NCBI GenBank assembly: GCA_964346405.1
Contig: CAYFVL010000001.1
Location: forward strand, 4,640-61,692
Direction of reading: 5' to 3'
From: an uncultured Fibrobacterota bacterium
Lineage (GTDB): Bacteria; Fibrobacterota; Chitinivibrionia; Chitinivibrionales; CAYFVL01
DNA length: 57,053 nucleotides
The position numbers and the translations under genes are program-made. Below the pieces are notes generated by a model, which saw only the letters and a program-made list of their open reading frames with translations, ran no database searches and was not told the DNA's origin. Positions 9,988-18,753 of the stretch are shown in pieces; positions within the stretch are counted from its first letter, which is position 1; the number at the start of each line of letters is the position of its first letter.

Positions 9988-10073
9988 CCCAAGTTTCGCA
10001 ATCAACTCACGGCATTCTGCGTAAGCCGGCGCGCGATTCATTGTAGAAAAATGCTCAAGGTAAACTTGGGTTA
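9985..10073 (+). repeat. Interspersed stop-codon-abutting repeat, copy a (full length, hairpin with perfect 12-bp terminal arms)
   Basis: TAACCCAAGTTT (9985-9996) is the exact reverse complement of AAACTTGGGTTA (10062-10073). The core TAACCCAAGTTTCGCAATCAACTCACGGCATTCTGCGTAAGC is shared with copies at 40466, 38302, 53660, 18708 and 18980. Its TAA is the stop codon of CDS 7597..9987. Confidence 0.85.
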
Positions 10074-10209
10074 GGAGTCGTCACGAAATAGCCTCTCTAT
10101 TCTCGCTTGATCCCGCCGAGGCGAGACCGGCGAACGAAAGGGTTTCCGGACGGACACAGATTGACTGCCGCCGCCGAAACGGCCTATTGGAATCGAAGCG
10201 TCGGCGCTA

Positions 10210-11073
10210 TTAACCCCGGGATATTTCCTCGGAAAGGAATTCGTCGAACGCATCAGTCCAAAGCGGCATCCCGTTGATACCGAGTTTCTTGAGATTTGCG
10301 TTCTCAAGTACCGCAAATGGAGGTCGAGGTGCCGGACGAGGGAATTCGTCAGTGGTGCACGGTTGCACGTCCACCGATATGCCGGCCGAATCTATAATCC
10401 GTTTGGCGAAATCAAACCACGAGCAGATTCCTTCGGAAGTACAATGATACAGGCCGTACTGTGCATGATCCACGGTATTGAAGATCTGTCGACAGACATC
10501 ACGCGCGTAGGTAGGTGTTCCCCATTGGTCGGCTACGACCTTCACCACTCCTCCTTCGGAGGCTTTATTCACAGCAATCTTGCGTATAGTTTTGACGAAG
10601 TTGTTTCCCTGGTGCCCGTACAGCCAGGCGATCCGGAATATGTAATGGCGTTCCCAGAGATTCCTTAGATTCTCTTCACCCGCCAGTTTTGATTTTCCAT
10701 ACACAGACAGAGGATTGGGAGTATCATCCTCGAGATAAGCGATTCCCTTATTCCCGTCAAAAACATAGTCGGTACCGATATGGACTATTGTTGCGCCGGA
10801 ACCTTTAGCCGCCCGGGCTAGATTCGCCGGTCCTTCGCCGTTAAGGGCGTACGCAATACCCTCATTGCTCTCACAGTCGTCGACTGCGGTATACGCTGCG
10901 CAGTTCACAACAAGGTCCGGCCTTACCGAATTCAGGCATTCGCGTGGACTCTCGATATTACCGATATCGATTTCGGGGAAGTCAATCGCCAGTGTTTCAT
11001 GCCCAAACACTCTGGAGACCTCGACCATTTCGGAGCCAAGCTGACCCCCGGCGCCAATCACGAGTACTTTCAT
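10210..11073 (-). CDS. rfbD: dTDP-4-dehydrorhamnose reductase
   Basis: I moved the start to Met24 (MKVLVIGAGGQLG, a Rossmann motif), which has GGAGG just upstream. Family-typical blocks are present: YHCTSEGICSWFDFAKRI and RPAPRPPFAVLEN. Confidence 0.85.
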   Translation of the reverse strand: MKVLVIGAGGQLGSEMVEVSRVFGHETLAIDFPEIDIGNIESPRECLNSVRPDLVVNCAAYTAVDDCESNEGIAYALNGEGPANLARAAKGSGATIVHIGTDYVFDGNKGIAYLEDDTPNPLSVYGKSKLAGEENLRNLWERHYIFRIAWLYGHQGNNFVKTIRKIAVNKASEGGVVKVVADQWGTPTYARDVCRQIFNTVDHAQYGLYHCTSEGICSWFDFAKRIIDSAGISVDVQPCTTDEFPRPAPRPPFAVLENANLKKLGINGMPLWTDAFDEFLSEEISRG

Positions 11074-11111
11074 CACATTCCTCCGGAGTCTTATCCTGTT
11101 TCGGCAAAAAG

Positions 11112-12689
11112 CTATTTGTCCGGCTTCAGTAACTCGCGACATTCCTCGAGGATCGGCTCCTCCACTGTAGAGTTACCCAATCTGACCGACCGCGTCGGGA
11201 GAGAATGCATTCGCAATTTCCATTCCGGATCGGCGGTAAACAGCTTATATTGTTTCATGGCTTCGGCGGCGGTGATGTTCGTGTTTAACCCCGTGATTAT
11301 ACCCTCGAGCATTACCGGATTCAAAACGATTTCCTCCTCGGCAAGTGCCCCATAGATGGCCCTGAGAAGCCGCATTTGTCTTCTCTCCGCATCGCCGGTT
11401 CCGGATATCGATGGTTTCAGGTACTGAATCAACTCCAGCCCTTTAAGGGCATTTGTCCCCCCGGAAATTCCCATGGAAGCAGCCGCTGCATCGTCTACAT
11501 CAAGCGCTACCCCACCAATGATTTGCGCCGTCTTGATGACGTCTTCCTTGGCAAGCTGTGCGTATTTGGGAATCCGAACCCCGAGAATCCGTTCGGCTAT
11601 CGATGAAGCGGTTGTCGTGCCGCCTTTCAGAACCGATTCCTGTAATGTTTTATATCCCCGGGCAAATTCCCCAATCGCCGTTCTGGCACTCATCCCGACT
11701 ATCTGAACGAGTTTGTCCGCATGCGAAACGCTGAATACATAGAAGCTGTTCGGCTCGGCAACAAAGAGAAAGTTAAATGGAAGCCGATCGACCATAGCGT
11801 CTACGCGTGCTTCAGCCAGCCCGGAAAAACGCTGTGCGGGAGCCATATCCTCAGATACCCGCCCAACACTAAGGGGTCTTCCATCTTCATAGATCGTGAT
11901 CGACTGACCCGCAATCAGATTCATCGATTCACCGGTCTCTTCCCGTTCAATCAGAAGAAAGCCGTCGGTGTTACTCACGATCACTTCACTGTAGTTCACT
12001 TCTACGGTAAAATCGGCTCCCTTACCGCCGACTGTAAGTTTACCCAGCGGCGTATTGACAATGACAAGCTCGGATTTCTTTGCATATACAATCTGATACC
12101 AGCACAGACCGGCGCGCTGGAAAAGCTGAGTGACCCGCTTCCCGTTCATATCCTCGTCGATCTTGTCGAATTCCAATTCGGAGTAGCTGTCCAGGTCAAT
12201 GCGGGAAAAGGAATTCAGGGAAAGCTCGGCTTGAGAGTTTTCTTCGCAGATCAAACGATCACCTTCATTGATCTCCATCCCCTCGTGCACATTCCTGCTC
12301 GATCCATCGGAGGACAACACGGACGGCTGATCAAGAAGGAATTCCAGCCGGACAAATGACTTCAAAGAAGCGGGCGCATCGGAGGAGCCAACGTCAAGCG
12401 GCCGATCTTCCTCAACCTGACGCGATAGATCGATCGCCGACAGATCCGAAGTGGGGCGCACGCCGGCAACCTGCAGTATCTCGTAGGCGGTCGTCCCATC
12501 CACAACCCGATACTTTCCCGGTCGTTGTACATTGCCTCTCACTTCCACCAGCCTGGTTTCCACGGCAATACCGGTCATTCGACGCCGAACCGCCGAGTAG
12601 AGCCCGAGAGATTGCCAGATAAGCAATCCGCCAAGGATCCCGAAAACCAGATGCACATAGACGGGCCGTTTTTTTCTTGACTGTTTCAT
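11112..12689 (-). CDS. Membrane-anchored SLBB + FecR-like + LytR/CpsA/Psr (LCP)-like fusion protein
   Basis: There is an N-terminal TM helix (VYVHLVFGILGGLLIWQSL). The SLBB-like segment is VEVRGNVQRPGKYRVVDGTTAYEILQVAG. The FecR-like segment is GDRLICEENSQAELSLNSFSRIDLDSYSELEF. The C-terminal part (FNFLFVAE...VQIVGMSARTAI...LKGGTTTASSIAERILGVRIPKYAQL...IIGGVALDVDD) follows the LCP pattern. The start overlaps the upstream stop by 4 nt. Confidence 0.6.
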   Translation of the reverse strand: MKQSRKKRPVYVHLVFGILGGLLIWQSLGLYSAVRRRMTGIAVETRLVEVRGNVQRPGKYRVVDGTTAYEILQVAGVRPTSDLSAIDLSRQVEEDRPLDVGSSDAPASLKSFVRLEFLLDQPSVLSSDGSSRNVHEGMEINEGDRLICEENSQAELSLNSFSRIDLDSYSELEFDKIDEDMNGKRVTQLFQRAGLCWYQIVYAKKSELVIVNTPLGKLTVGGKGADFTVEVNYSEVIVSNTDGFLLIEREETGESMNLIAGQSITIYEDGRPLSVGRVSEDMAPAQRFSGLAEARVDAMVDRLPFNFLFVAEPNSFYVFSVSHADKLVQIVGMSARTAIGEFARGYKTLQESVLKGGTTTASSIAERILGVRIPKYAQLAKEDVIKTAQIIGGVALDVDDAAAASMGISGGTNALKGLELIQYLKPSISGTGDAERRQMRLLRAIYGALAEEEIVLNPVMLEGIITGLNTNITAAEAMKQYKLFTADPEWKLRMHSLPTRSVRLGNSTVEEPILEECRELLKPDK

Positions 12690-15600
12690 GACTCCGGTGC
12701 CTTCCTGATTTTTTGCCGTACAATTTTCCAGGCGCTATTCCGTTTACCCCAGGCCATAACAATCTCGTGGTTGACGGTATCGCTCTTCTGGATCTCGTAG
12801 ACCGTTTGTCGGGTTGTATAATAATGGCCGGAAAGACGCTTTGCGATACCATCACCCAGCAAGATGTTGCCGTCTCTGGGAAAGGATACCTGATCCGTGC
12901 GAGCCCCGGACATCCATTCTTTGAACCCGCCACCGGGAAACTTGAAATCAAGCGAGTCATAGAAACGCGACACATCAGACCAATTTTCCCCGCGCAACGC
13001 ATCAAACCATATGGAAACCGAATCGAGCAGATCGTGACCGGAGCCCACATCGTCCCGGTTGTCGGGATCGGAAAAATCGGTTCCGGAGACCGAAGCGCCC
13101 GAACTCTCCCGGATACGAATTGCCGGCGGAACATTCACTGATGAAGCTCCATCGATTTCCACCGGTGTAATGAATTGATCGATCAACCCGACGGAACCAC
13201 TCTCTATATACAGACGAATACCCACAACAGTCGTTAAAGCCGCGACAAGGAGCCAAAGCATCGGCCTTCGGGCAATTCTCCGTGCCGCTCGACTGAGCCT
13301 CGCAACCTTCTGCGGAACCGCGAATCGAGCATTGGACACCGCCTCACGCATTTTCCCTTCCACCCGCAGACCAAATTGCCGCATGGACGCTTTGCGAGGG
13401 GGATCTTCATCGTAGCTATACGTGTACTTATATGCATAATAGCCATAATATCCGTAATAATATGGATAATAGCCGTGTTGATGCGAGACGCCGTTGAGTA
13501 TTCCTCCAAGTATTTTAGCCCCCATCCTCTTGAGCTGATTGCGCGTCTGGCGCGCCGCCTTCAGAGGGGTCCACAAGGTTCGCAAAATCATCACGACCGC
13601 ATCCATTTTGGGAGCCATGGTAAGTGAATCACTCACCGGGAGGAATGCGGGAGAATCGAAAATCACCAGGTCTGCCCGAGAACGCAGCTCCTCGATGACT
13701 TCATCAAAACGATATGTCCCAAGCAATTCAGCGGGATTGTGGCATTTGCTTCCGGCTGTAATGATAGATAATCCCTCATGCGGGGTCTGACGCTCCACGT
13801 CTTCGGGGCGCCTTTCCCCCAAAAGCAAGTCGACCAGGCCCTCGCCGCGATCCACATTGAAATAGTGATGTACCTGTGAGCGCCGAAGGTCCGCATCGAT
13901 AAGAAGAACTTTTTTACCGTCCATGGCAAAGGTGATTGCAAGATTTCCCGCCAGCGTGGTCTTCCCTTCTCCCTTGACCGCACTGCAGATCATGATCACT
14001 TTCGCTTTGTGAATACCGGTCAAGTGTTTCAAATTCGCCCGAAGCGCCCGAAACGGCTCCAGGACCGACTTTGCAAGGTGCCCGGGAGTTTCAACCGCCG
14101 TCTGGTCCGCTTCGATCAGAGGTACGACCCCCAACAGAGGCAGTTCCAGATTTCTTTCGACCTCTCCGGGATCCTTGAGAGTTTGATCCAGATATTCAAG
14201 CAGGAACGCCAGTCCAATGCCCAGAATGAAACCCACGAGGAGTCCCATAAATATGCTGGAAACCTTTTTCTCGGCAACCGCCTGCCCCGGAATTCCCGCC
14301 AATTCGAATACACGAAGGTCCGATTCTTTTGAATCCTTATCGATCTTGGCTTCCTCGAGCCTGCGCCTCAGCAAGTCGAGAGTCTCCATCATCGATTTTG
14401 TGTTCTTTTCCAGATGAGCATACTCCAGCTCAATTCCCGGCAGCTTGCGAATTTCTTCATTCTGTTTCTCTCGGATCTGCTCGAGAGCGGTTCGTTTTGC
14501 CTCCAGGACCGAAATCTCAACAGAAAGATTCACGACACTCTTGATCAGTCCCTCGCGAACTGGATTCTTCACCACGGTTTTCTCAACCGCGAGTTTGGAG
14601 ATTTCGTTCTCCATCGCCTCGGTAAGACTTTTTATCTCGTTCTGTACTCTCTGTACCTTGTAGTGATCGGGGTTGTACTCCGCCATCAATGTGACCAGTT
14701 CGAGCTGAAGATCCGCAATACGATTCTGGTACGGATTCTTGTATGTCATCGACTGAACGATATTCTCGTCTTGCTGGGTAATTTTGGATCCAAGAGTCTG
14801 AAGACGTTCGCGGTTCTCCAACAAAGCAAGCTGCGTCTCCTGAAGTGCCAGCTCGATTTCGGAAGCCTTGCTTGTGACAAGACCGGCTCGGTCGGAGAGT
14901 TGCACAATTTGATGTTCTTCCTTGAACTTTCGCAGGGTCTCTTCCTTCCCGCCCAGCCCCCGTTCGATCTTTTCTATCTGTGTTTTCAGTTTGAGGATGA
15001 ACCGAGTATTCTCTTGTGAATACACGTCACGGTGGTATTCTATATAGGTACGACAAAGTTCGTTGGCAACATCTCTGGCAAGTTCAGGGTCCACATGCCG
15101 ATAACGGACATTAATGATGTTGTTTTTTACTCCGTCGGTTTCACCACGCGAAACCCTGATTGCCGATCTGATTTCGTCCGTCTTGACCGCCCCCCCGAGA
15201 TTCTCCGCCACGCGTTCGAGAACCGCCGACGAGGTAAGAAGCTCAAGGTGGGTATTGAGATTTTTCTCCTCCTGCCGATAATAGGTCCACCCGCTCTGCC
15301 CCTCGAGAATTCTTCCATATCCCGGCTGAAAAAGCAGAGATGCCGATGCAGTGTAGTATTTCTCGGAGCGGAGGTACGAAAACAGAGAAAAAATGCCGAC
15401 GGCAAGTGCAGTTATTATGATGATAGGTTTGCGGCGCAGAATAACTGAGAGATACCGCAGATAATCGATTCCTTCGTCGTAGTCTTCCGCACCACGCTGC
15501 GAAGACATCGCACTTTCATAGCCGAGAGGCAATTCACCTTTTTCAGCGGGTTCGGACGAAACCGGTACGGGTTGTCGGGGGCCGTATTTCTCCTCCAGCG

Positions 15601-15808
15601 GTGGAGAATCTATAGATTCGGAATTGTTCCGCGGCCGGCCTGATCGAGGTTGCGGAGGAAGCGGAGAATTCTCGGACAGTCGATTCGATTGAGGTACGGA
15701 TCGCGTGAAGCGAGGCTTTGAGGAAGAGGGTTCCTCGTTGTTTCCCGCGTTTTCATTCAATTTGCGAACAATGTCGCCTAAACTGAACCGTCTTTTTCCC
15801 TCGCTCAT
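12686..15808 (-). CDS. Polysaccharide co-polymerase / tyrosine autokinase (Wzc/GumC-type BY-kinase) with an extra C-terminal TM segment and extracytoplasmic domain
   Basis: The N-terminal part is a Wzz-like chain-length region with a long coiled coil. Kinase motifs are Walker A SAVKGEGKTT, A' LLIDADLRR and B VIFDSPAF. A Tyr cluster follows (HGYYPYYYGYYGYYAYKYTYSY). Beyond it lie another hydrophobic helix (MLWLLVAALTTVVGIRLYI) and about 200 further residues. Confidence 0.85.
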   Translation of the reverse strand: MSEGKRRFSLGDIVRKLNENAGNNEEPSSSKPRFTRSVPQSNRLSENSPLPPQPRSGRPRNNSESIDSPPLEEKYGPRQPVPVSSEPAEKGELPLGYESAMSSQRGAEDYDEGIDYLRYLSVILRRKPIIIITALAVGIFSLFSYLRSEKYYTASASLLFQPGYGRILEGQSGWTYYRQEEKNLNTHLELLTSSAVLERVAENLGGAVKTDEIRSAIRVSRGETDGVKNNIINVRYRHVDPELARDVANELCRTYIEYHRDVYSQENTRFILKLKTQIEKIERGLGGKEETLRKFKEEHQIVQLSDRAGLVTSKASEIELALQETQLALLENRERLQTLGSKITQQDENIVQSMTYKNPYQNRIADLQLELVTLMAEYNPDHYKVQRVQNEIKSLTEAMENEISKLAVEKTVVKNPVREGLIKSVVNLSVEISVLEAKRTALEQIREKQNEEIRKLPGIELEYAHLEKNTKSMMETLDLLRRRLEEAKIDKDSKESDLRVFELAGIPGQAVAEKKVSSIFMGLLVGFILGIGLAFLLEYLDQTLKDPGEVERNLELPLLGVVPLIEADQTAVETPGHLAKSVLEPFRALRANLKHLTGIHKAKVIMICSAVKGEGKTTLAGNLAITFAMDGKKVLLIDADLRRSQVHHYFNVDRGEGLVDLLLGERRPEDVERQTPHEGLSIITAGSKCHNPAELLGTYRFDEVIEELRSRADLVIFDSPAFLPVSDSLTMAPKMDAVVMILRTLWTPLKAARQTRNQLKRMGAKILGGILNGVSHQHGYYPYYYGYYGYYAYKYTYSYDEDPPRKASMRQFGLRVEGKMREAVSNARFAVPQKVARLSRAARRIARRPMLWLLVAALTTVVGIRLYIESGSVGLIDQFITPVEIDGASSVNVPPAIRIRESSGASVSGTDFSDPDNRDDVGSGHDLLDSVSIWFDALRGENWSDVSRFYDSLDFKFPGGGFKEWMSGARTDQVSFPRDGNILLGDGIAKRLSGHYYTTRQTVYEIQKSDTVNHEIVMAWGKRNSAWKIVRQKIRKAPES

Positions 15809-16659
15809 CAGCTATGCTCACGAATATCTTCGAGGACGACTTCCAAATCTTCCTTTGAAATCTCCTCGAGTGAATTGCCGAAACCGTAGGTTAGGGCCAA
15901 TTTACAGAGCCGGTTGATTTCGCGCGGAACACCACCGGTGGAGCGAAAAACAAGCTCCCGTGCCGGACCGGTGAATACCGTCTGTTTTGGCGGCCCTGCT
16001 AGACGAAGGCGGTGTTCCATATAATCCACGGCATTTCGGAAATCCAGGTTATTGAGATGAAACCGCAGGAAGATGCGTTGGTCCACCTGTTTCAGGCGAC
16101 GGATCTTTTCACGGAGTTCGGGTTGCCCGACCAGAAATATTGTGAGATAATTCTCGGACTCGGAAGAAATGTTGGTCAACGTCTTCACCTCATCCAGGAC
16201 TTCGTCGTCCATTAACTGTGCTTCGTCGAAAACAACGACAAGGTGGCGTTTCTCTTCATACACGATCTTGTCGATTTTTTCCTTGAGCATATTACTTAAC
16301 ATATATACGTCTCCCCTCTCGGGAAGAGCGCTATCGTCCCAAAGACCGACCCTGACATCGCGGTATGTGATCCGCTTCACAATGTCGTAAAGAATATCGA
16401 CAAAGGGAAAGCGGGAGTTCTCGAAGCTCACTACTTCGAAATCATCCTTTGGAAGAGAATTGATAAACACGTTTTTGGTGATCGTTTTCCCCGAACCCAC
16501 TTCTCCGGTCAAGAGCCCCATGTTCATGTTTCGATCGTTCACTACATAAAGAAGACGATCCAGAGCCTCTCTGTGATCGTCACTCTCAAAGAAAAATCGT
16601 GTATCACACAGCTCCTCGAACGGAGGTTCTTCCAGTCCCCAGTGTTCCAGTATTCCCAT
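15808..16659 (-). CDS. ExeA/GspA-like AAA ATPase (the type found in PEP-CTERM-style EPS loci)
   Basis: I moved the start to Met48 (MGILEHWGLEEPPFEE), the canonical ExeA-family N-terminus. The Walker A is LLTGEVGSGKT and the Walker B is LVVVFDEAQ. This start lies 56 nt inside the upstream MinD-like ORF. The stop (TGA) shares 1 nt with the start of the BY-kinase gene (TGATG). Confidence 0.75.
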   Translation of the reverse strand: MGILEHWGLEEPPFEELCDTRFFFESDDHREALDRLLYVVNDRNMNMGLLTGEVGSGKTITKNVFINSLPKDDFEVVSFENSRFPFVDILYDIVKRITYRDVRVGLWDDSALPERGDVYMLSNMLKEKIDKIVYEEKRHLVVVFDEAQLMDDEVLDEVKTLTNISSESENYLTIFLVGQPELREKIRRLKQVDQRIFLRFHLNNLDFRNAVDYMEHRLRLAGPPKQTVFTGPARELVFRSTGGVPREINRLCKLALTYGFGNSLEEISKEDLEVVLEDIREHS

Positions 16660-17572
16660 CGTATGTCCGTTCTTCGGTGAGTGCAAGCAGGTTATCGGCC
16701 AGAGAGTTGAAGCAGGTACGAAGCTCCCCTGCTTCCGGCATAAGAGCAGCGGGACATGATGCACGTACCGCGCTCCGCACATAGGGCGAATCGATAACAT
16801 AGCCGATATAGGTCGGCCTCACACTCAAATACTTGTCAATAATTTCCACAAATCTATTTCCGACCGCAACATCTCCGCGATTTTTGACCATGGTTACGGC
16901 CAGTGCAATCCGTCTCTCCCTCAGCCATGTCCGAATCAGACCGGCTTCGCGCGGGTATTCTCGGGTGAATTCCCGCAGGAACTCTTTCATCGTTGCACAC
17001 CCTCGTGCACCACGGGAATTGGAAAGGCGTCGCAACTGCCGGCGAATATCTCTTTGACCGGCGAACAGGTGGTGAACTCCCCTGATTATTCCGTTCTTGA
17101 GAAACGCGTATGCGTTTTCTATGGAAGTCGGCAGGCTGTCGCAAACAACGATTCCGTTCTGAAATGCGGCAAAGAAATCGACTACATTATTGCCGCTGCC
17201 GGCACCCAGATCGACCAGAACGTAATGGCAATTCAGTTTTTCAATACCACGAAGGATTTTGCCTTTTTGCGTGAACTTTGGATTTGCGAGTTCCACGATA
17301 TCCCCCGCGCCGCCGACAAGATAAAGGTTGGGTGTAGAAGTCTCCAGCGCAACATCCGCCAGCGAATTCAAATTGCCCTGCAGGAAATCCTGAAGTCCCA
17401 CCTTCGGCGCCCGAATACCGACGAAATGGTGCAGATTTGCCCCACCCAGATCGGCATCCACAAGGCAAACCCGTTTTCCGCGAGAAGCCAACAAAGCCCC
17501 CAGATTTGCCGCAAGGGTTGTTTTTCCCACGCCGCCCTTGCCGCTGCCGACAGTAACTATGATGGGCGCCAA
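16604..17572 (-). CDS. MinD/ParA/BcsQ-like P-loop ATPase
   Basis: Deviant Walker A: IIVTVGSGKGGVGKTTLAANLGALLASRGKRVCLVDADLGGANL. The layout is typical of MinD/FlhG. Confidence 0.75.
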   Translation of the reverse strand: MAPIIVTVGSGKGGVGKTTLAANLGALLASRGKRVCLVDADLGGANLHHFVGIRAPKVGLQDFLQGNLNSLADVALETSTPNLYLVGGAGDIVELANPKFTQKGKILRGIEKLNCHYVLVDLGAGSGNNVVDFFAAFQNGIVVCDSLPTSIENAYAFLKNGIIRGVHHLFAGQRDIRRQLRRLSNSRGARGCATMKEFLREFTREYPREAGLIRTWLRERRIALAVTMVKNRGDVAVGNRFVEIIDKYLSVRPTYIGYVIDSPYVRSAVRASCPAALMPEAGELRTCFNSLADNLLALTEERTYDGNTGTLGTGRTSVRGAV

Positions 17573-17611
17573 ACCGCGGGTTCTCCTCTCGTGGTGCCGT
17601 ATCGGAGACGG

Positions 17612-18307
17612 TTATCCTCTCGAAGAGAGGGTGATTATCAGAAGAACGAGCGATATCGTCGAGGTTACGCTGGTCAGAATAGTATTGTACACCCCGAAAG
17701 GAATCCTGAAGGTAGCCGGTACAAAAAGCGTATCGCCCGGATACAGAAGATATTTCTGTTTGGTTTTACCCGTCCAGAAATCCTCCTCAACCGGAACATC
17801 GACCGTGGTACCGTCGGCCCGAATGATTTTCATCATTTTCACCCGCAGATTCTTAACGCCACCGCACATTGCCAGCGCTTTGAGGACATCGACCGGTTCA
17901 TATATTTCGTACTCCCCCACACCGCCAACGTCACCCATAACGTAGATCTTATTGGCGTAGTAGGCTTCTATGGAGACTGAAACCACCGGATTATTGACGT
18001 ACGATGCAAGTTTGCCCTGCATAATTTTGACCATCTGAGCCGGCGTTAAAGAAGCGACCTCAATTTCACCGACTACCGGGAAATTAATGCGCCCATCGGG
18101 TCGAATCTTGTGTCTTCCCGTGAACTCCGGATGCTCCACGACCTGAATCGAAATCACGTCGCCCGCCTGAAGGACATATTCCTGTACCTGCGCAAAAAGC
18201 CCGAATGAGGCCAATATCGCAAGGATGAGGGCTGTCCTGGTGTGTGCAGTATGTTTCCTCAAGAGCCTTTCCTTTTCAATTGTAAGAGTCTCGGAAGACA
18301 GGAACAC
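17612..18307 (-). CDS. Polysaccharide export protein (Wza-like: Poly_export + SLBB)
   Basis: The Poly_export pattern is YVLQAGDVISIQVVEHPEFTGRHKIRPDGRINFPVVGEIEVASLTPAQMVKIMQGKLASYVNNPVVSVSIEAY. An SLBB-like segment and a C-terminal hydrophobic helix follow. Confidence 0.8.
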   Translation of the reverse strand: MFLSSETLTIEKERLLRKHTAHTRTALILAILASFGLFAQVQEYVLQAGDVISIQVVEHPEFTGRHKIRPDGRINFPVVGEIEVASLTPAQMVKIMQGKLASYVNNPVVSVSIEAYYANKIYVMGDVGGVGEYEIYEPVDVLKALAMCGGVKNLRVKMMKIIRADGTTVDVPVEEDFWTGKTKQKYLLYPGDTLFVPATFRIPFGVYNTILTSVTSTISLVLLIITLSSRG

Positions 18308-18707
18308 ACATGAAAATAATTATAGATACAGTACTTACGACAATCAAGCGAAGAAATTCCTGCTGTTTGGGGCAACTGAAGACTCATAATTCACCACATT
18401 TTCGACGATGCGCGGAACCCGGAACAGACACTGATTTCCAGGGAACGGCTGCACCCTCCGATTTCCTCTCGTGACAAAGCCGATCAAAAATCCTTATACC
18501 AAGCTTGCCGGCGGTCGGTTTCGACTCGCAATATCTTCGCTGCGGAAAACAAGATATTGATTTGGTTGCACATAGATCGTCCGAAAACCCGATTCCCAAC
18601 TCGCTCACCTGATAATATAGATTCGGTCAAAGGAGTGTCAACTACTTTACCAAAACACCGACAAACTCTTCCCGACGCTCGAATGCCCCGACTGTGTTAC
18701 TCATTCC

Positions 18708-18753
18708 TTAACCCGACTTCGACAATCGACTCACGGTGTTCCGCGAATGAGGC
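18708..18753 (+). repeat. Interspersed stop-triplet repeat, copy e (5' half), followed by a hairpin and T5
   Basis: The copy reads TTAACCCGACTTCGACAATCGACTCACGGTGTTCCGCGAATGAGGC. Downstream, AGGCC (18750-54) pairs with GGCCT (18770-74), and a T-run extends to 18778. Confidence 0.75.

Noticed and set aside
9985-10030. Stop-codon read-through extension encoded by the repeat (the P-K/D-F-R-N-Q/R-L-T peptide after the stop in copies a and d)
   Set aside because: Copy b carries an extra C that shifts the frame. Copies c, e and f follow no gene. The in-frame continuation hits further stops within 15-35 codons. Conservation is at the nucleotide and structure level.
9985-10073. Integron attC site, suggested by an imperfect palindrome right after an ORF with CTAAC…GTTAG ends
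   Set aside because: Only copy a has GTTAG-like ends. Its GTTAGGA does not fit GTTRRRY, and copy c ends in GGGCTA. No intI gene is present, and the flanking genes are ordinary chromosomal genes in mixed orientation, not cassettes.
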